Assembly (NCBI RefSeq): GCF_006345805.1
Contig: NC_042998.1
Span: 128,030,001 to 128,094,000, forward strand
Direction of reading: 5' to 3'
Source of the DNA: Octopus sinensis
Lineage: Eukaryota
DNA length: 64,000 nt
The position numbers and the translations under genes are program-made. Position 1 is the first letter of the stretch. Each line of letters starts with the position of its first letter. This document shows positions 62,304 through 64,000 of the stretch, piece after piece. Below the pieces are notes generated by a model, which saw only the letters and a list, made by a program, of their open reading frames with translations, was not told the origin of the DNA and did not search any database.

Positions 62304-62608
62304 CATCAAAGTTCAAATTCTATTTTTCTGCACGTGTGTATGGGTTTTTCATTATTTTAGGCTAAATTCTATGCTTCTTTTTCTTTAAACCTAAATATAC
62401 TTAAAGAGCGTGGTGTCAGCTGCTCTGATTGAAGTTCAGAAGCCCACGCATGTTGATGGAATTTAAATTTCGACACGTTCACCATTACTCCGATATACTT
62501 CTTGACAGTCAACTCGTTTATGGGTTACGCCTTTTGAGGGCTAAGTAACATACCTCGTGAGTTATTTACCATTTAAATTACATGTATCAATATTTATACC
62601 AATACTCA

Positions 62609-62820
62609 GGCGGCGAGCTGGCAAAATCGCTACCGCACTGGAAAAATGCTTTGCAGCAATACTTCCGACTTCATGTTCCGAGTTCAAATGCTGCCAGGGT
62701 CGGACTTTGCTTTCATTCAACAAGGGTCGATAAAACAAGTACCAGTTGAACACTGGTGTTGATATAACTGACTCACCCCCTCCCCCGAAATTACTGGCCT
62801 TATGCCAAATTTGAAACCAA
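62609..62820 (+). mobile_element. Full-length tRNA-derived SINE (family A) with apparent TSD
   Basis: ggcggcgagctggcaaaatcg head, gagttcaaatgc B-box-like, gtcgataaaacaagtaccagttg core. Flanks caatatttataccaatact (62588-62606) and caatatttatacaaatatt (62818-62836) match 17/19. Confidence 0.9.
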
Positions 62821-63468
62821 TATTTATACAAATATTGATTTGTGTATATGAGTGAATTTCGAATGGTAGAATTTATGAGAGTTTTTTTTTTTTTTTTGTA
62901 GTTAATATTTTATAAAGATCGAATAACTGATATTAATGCTTGTTAGACGGAGCCTACTTTATGAGCTAAATCCGTTAATATGCATTTCGAATTTATTGAT
63001 AAGGTGCTGATATTGTAAAACATTTTGCGAATTGTTTTATATGCGCTAATACTCATGGTACTGTCATCAAGCTTAGTTGTTATCCAGAACACTAAAGTGT
63101 TGATAACCGTCTACTGTTGAGCTTCTGTTTGTGACAAACACATTCTATGTTTTCCTATTCCAGACAGCTTTCAACGATCGCAACAATTTTTGAATTCAGT
63201 CCTTAGGCAATGATAGAACAACATTTTTACCTTAATAGCAATTTCACTTTTCTTATGTTTATGAATATTTGATGTAAAAATATACAAATCAACATTTACT
63301 CTTCCTTCTCTGTGTAATTACGTAAAAATTTGTAAAGATTTCGTAAAAGTGAATCTAGGAGAGAAATCAATAAAATTATAATTTCAATAACAAGTAGGAA
63401 TTATACATTGTACCATTGATGATTTGGGAGAATGAAAGTTTCATTTTGCCCTGTTCGATATAATGGCT

Positions 63469-63697
63469 CCTCTTTTACTCTTTTACTTGTTTCAGTCATT
63501 TGACTGTGGCCATGCTGGAGCACCGCCTTTAGTCGAGCAAGTCGACCCCCAGGACTAATTCTTTGTTAGCCTAGTACTTATTCTATCGGTCTCTTTTTGC
63601 CGAACCGCTAAGCTACGCGGACGTAATCACACCAGCATCGGTTGTAAAGCGATGTTGTGGGGGGGACAAACACAAACACACAAACATACGCGCACAC

Positions 63698-63700
<3 letters not shown>
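63469..63700 (-). mobile_element. 3' half of SINE (family C), young-looking copy, head lost at a (TA)n tract
   Basis: Reverse complement ...ggttcggcaaaaagagaccgatagaataagtactagg...ggcggtgctccagcatggccacagtcaaatgactgaaacaagtaaaagagtaaaagag; collinear with 58580-58795. Confidence 0.85.

Positions 63701-63703
<3 letters not shown>

Positions 63704-63736
<33 letters not shown>
63704..63736. repeat. (TA)n microsatellite
   Basis: Direct run. Confidence 0.95.
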
Positions 63737-63740
<4 letters not shown>

Positions 63741-64000
63741 GTTAGGATCCCAGAAAAACAGGGTCTCACTGAAGAATTCTCCCATGGCAAATAAATTATC
63801 TTGTTTGCTGAATAGAAAGAAACTGCAGTCTGAGAATTTTCCGGTTTAGTAAATGTTTTTATCTTCATTTCACTTAATTTATCAAGCTTTTGTATTCCTA
63901 GCACATATTTCGCCTTAATGTACTGATATATGAAAAATATATGGCTTGTGTTAGTAATACCAGCGATTATAATTATTTTTATTTTATCGCAATTTGATTT

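Overview
AT-rich, repeat-dense animal DNA. The SINE families and repeat mix point to an octopus (coleoid cephalopod); this is an inference from remembered repeat consensus sequences, not a database hit. No intact host protein-coding gene could be established. The window is dominated by a 35.5-kb head-to-tail satellite of about 179 copies of a 198-bp monomer (23018-58499). Each monomer is about 100 bp of local unique sequence plus the first ~96 bp of a tRNA-derived SINE that has lost its B box. The last monomer runs directly into the rest of that SINE (to ~58795), and both array ends sit on a 3-bp AGC microhomology, so the single-copy ancestral locus can be reconstructed. The monomer is stop-free in one + frame (66 codons), which explains the dozens of near-identical ORFs in the track, and it carries an A/C dimorphism arranged in domains. 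The left flank is a stack of decayed transposons: a mariner, a Tc1/mariner in two possible halves, an RTE LINE 3' end with C2H2 fingers, an internally deleted Helitron, a Hero-like RLE retrotransposon with a 34-bp minisatellite and a 30-bp hairpin behind its stop codon, several SINEs and a mariner MITE. The right flank holds a Chapaev-like transposase relic, SINEs and microsatellites. Four minus-strand ORF pieces show class A GPCR-like motifs in the correct order, reported only as a low-confidence hypothesis. All counts are manual.
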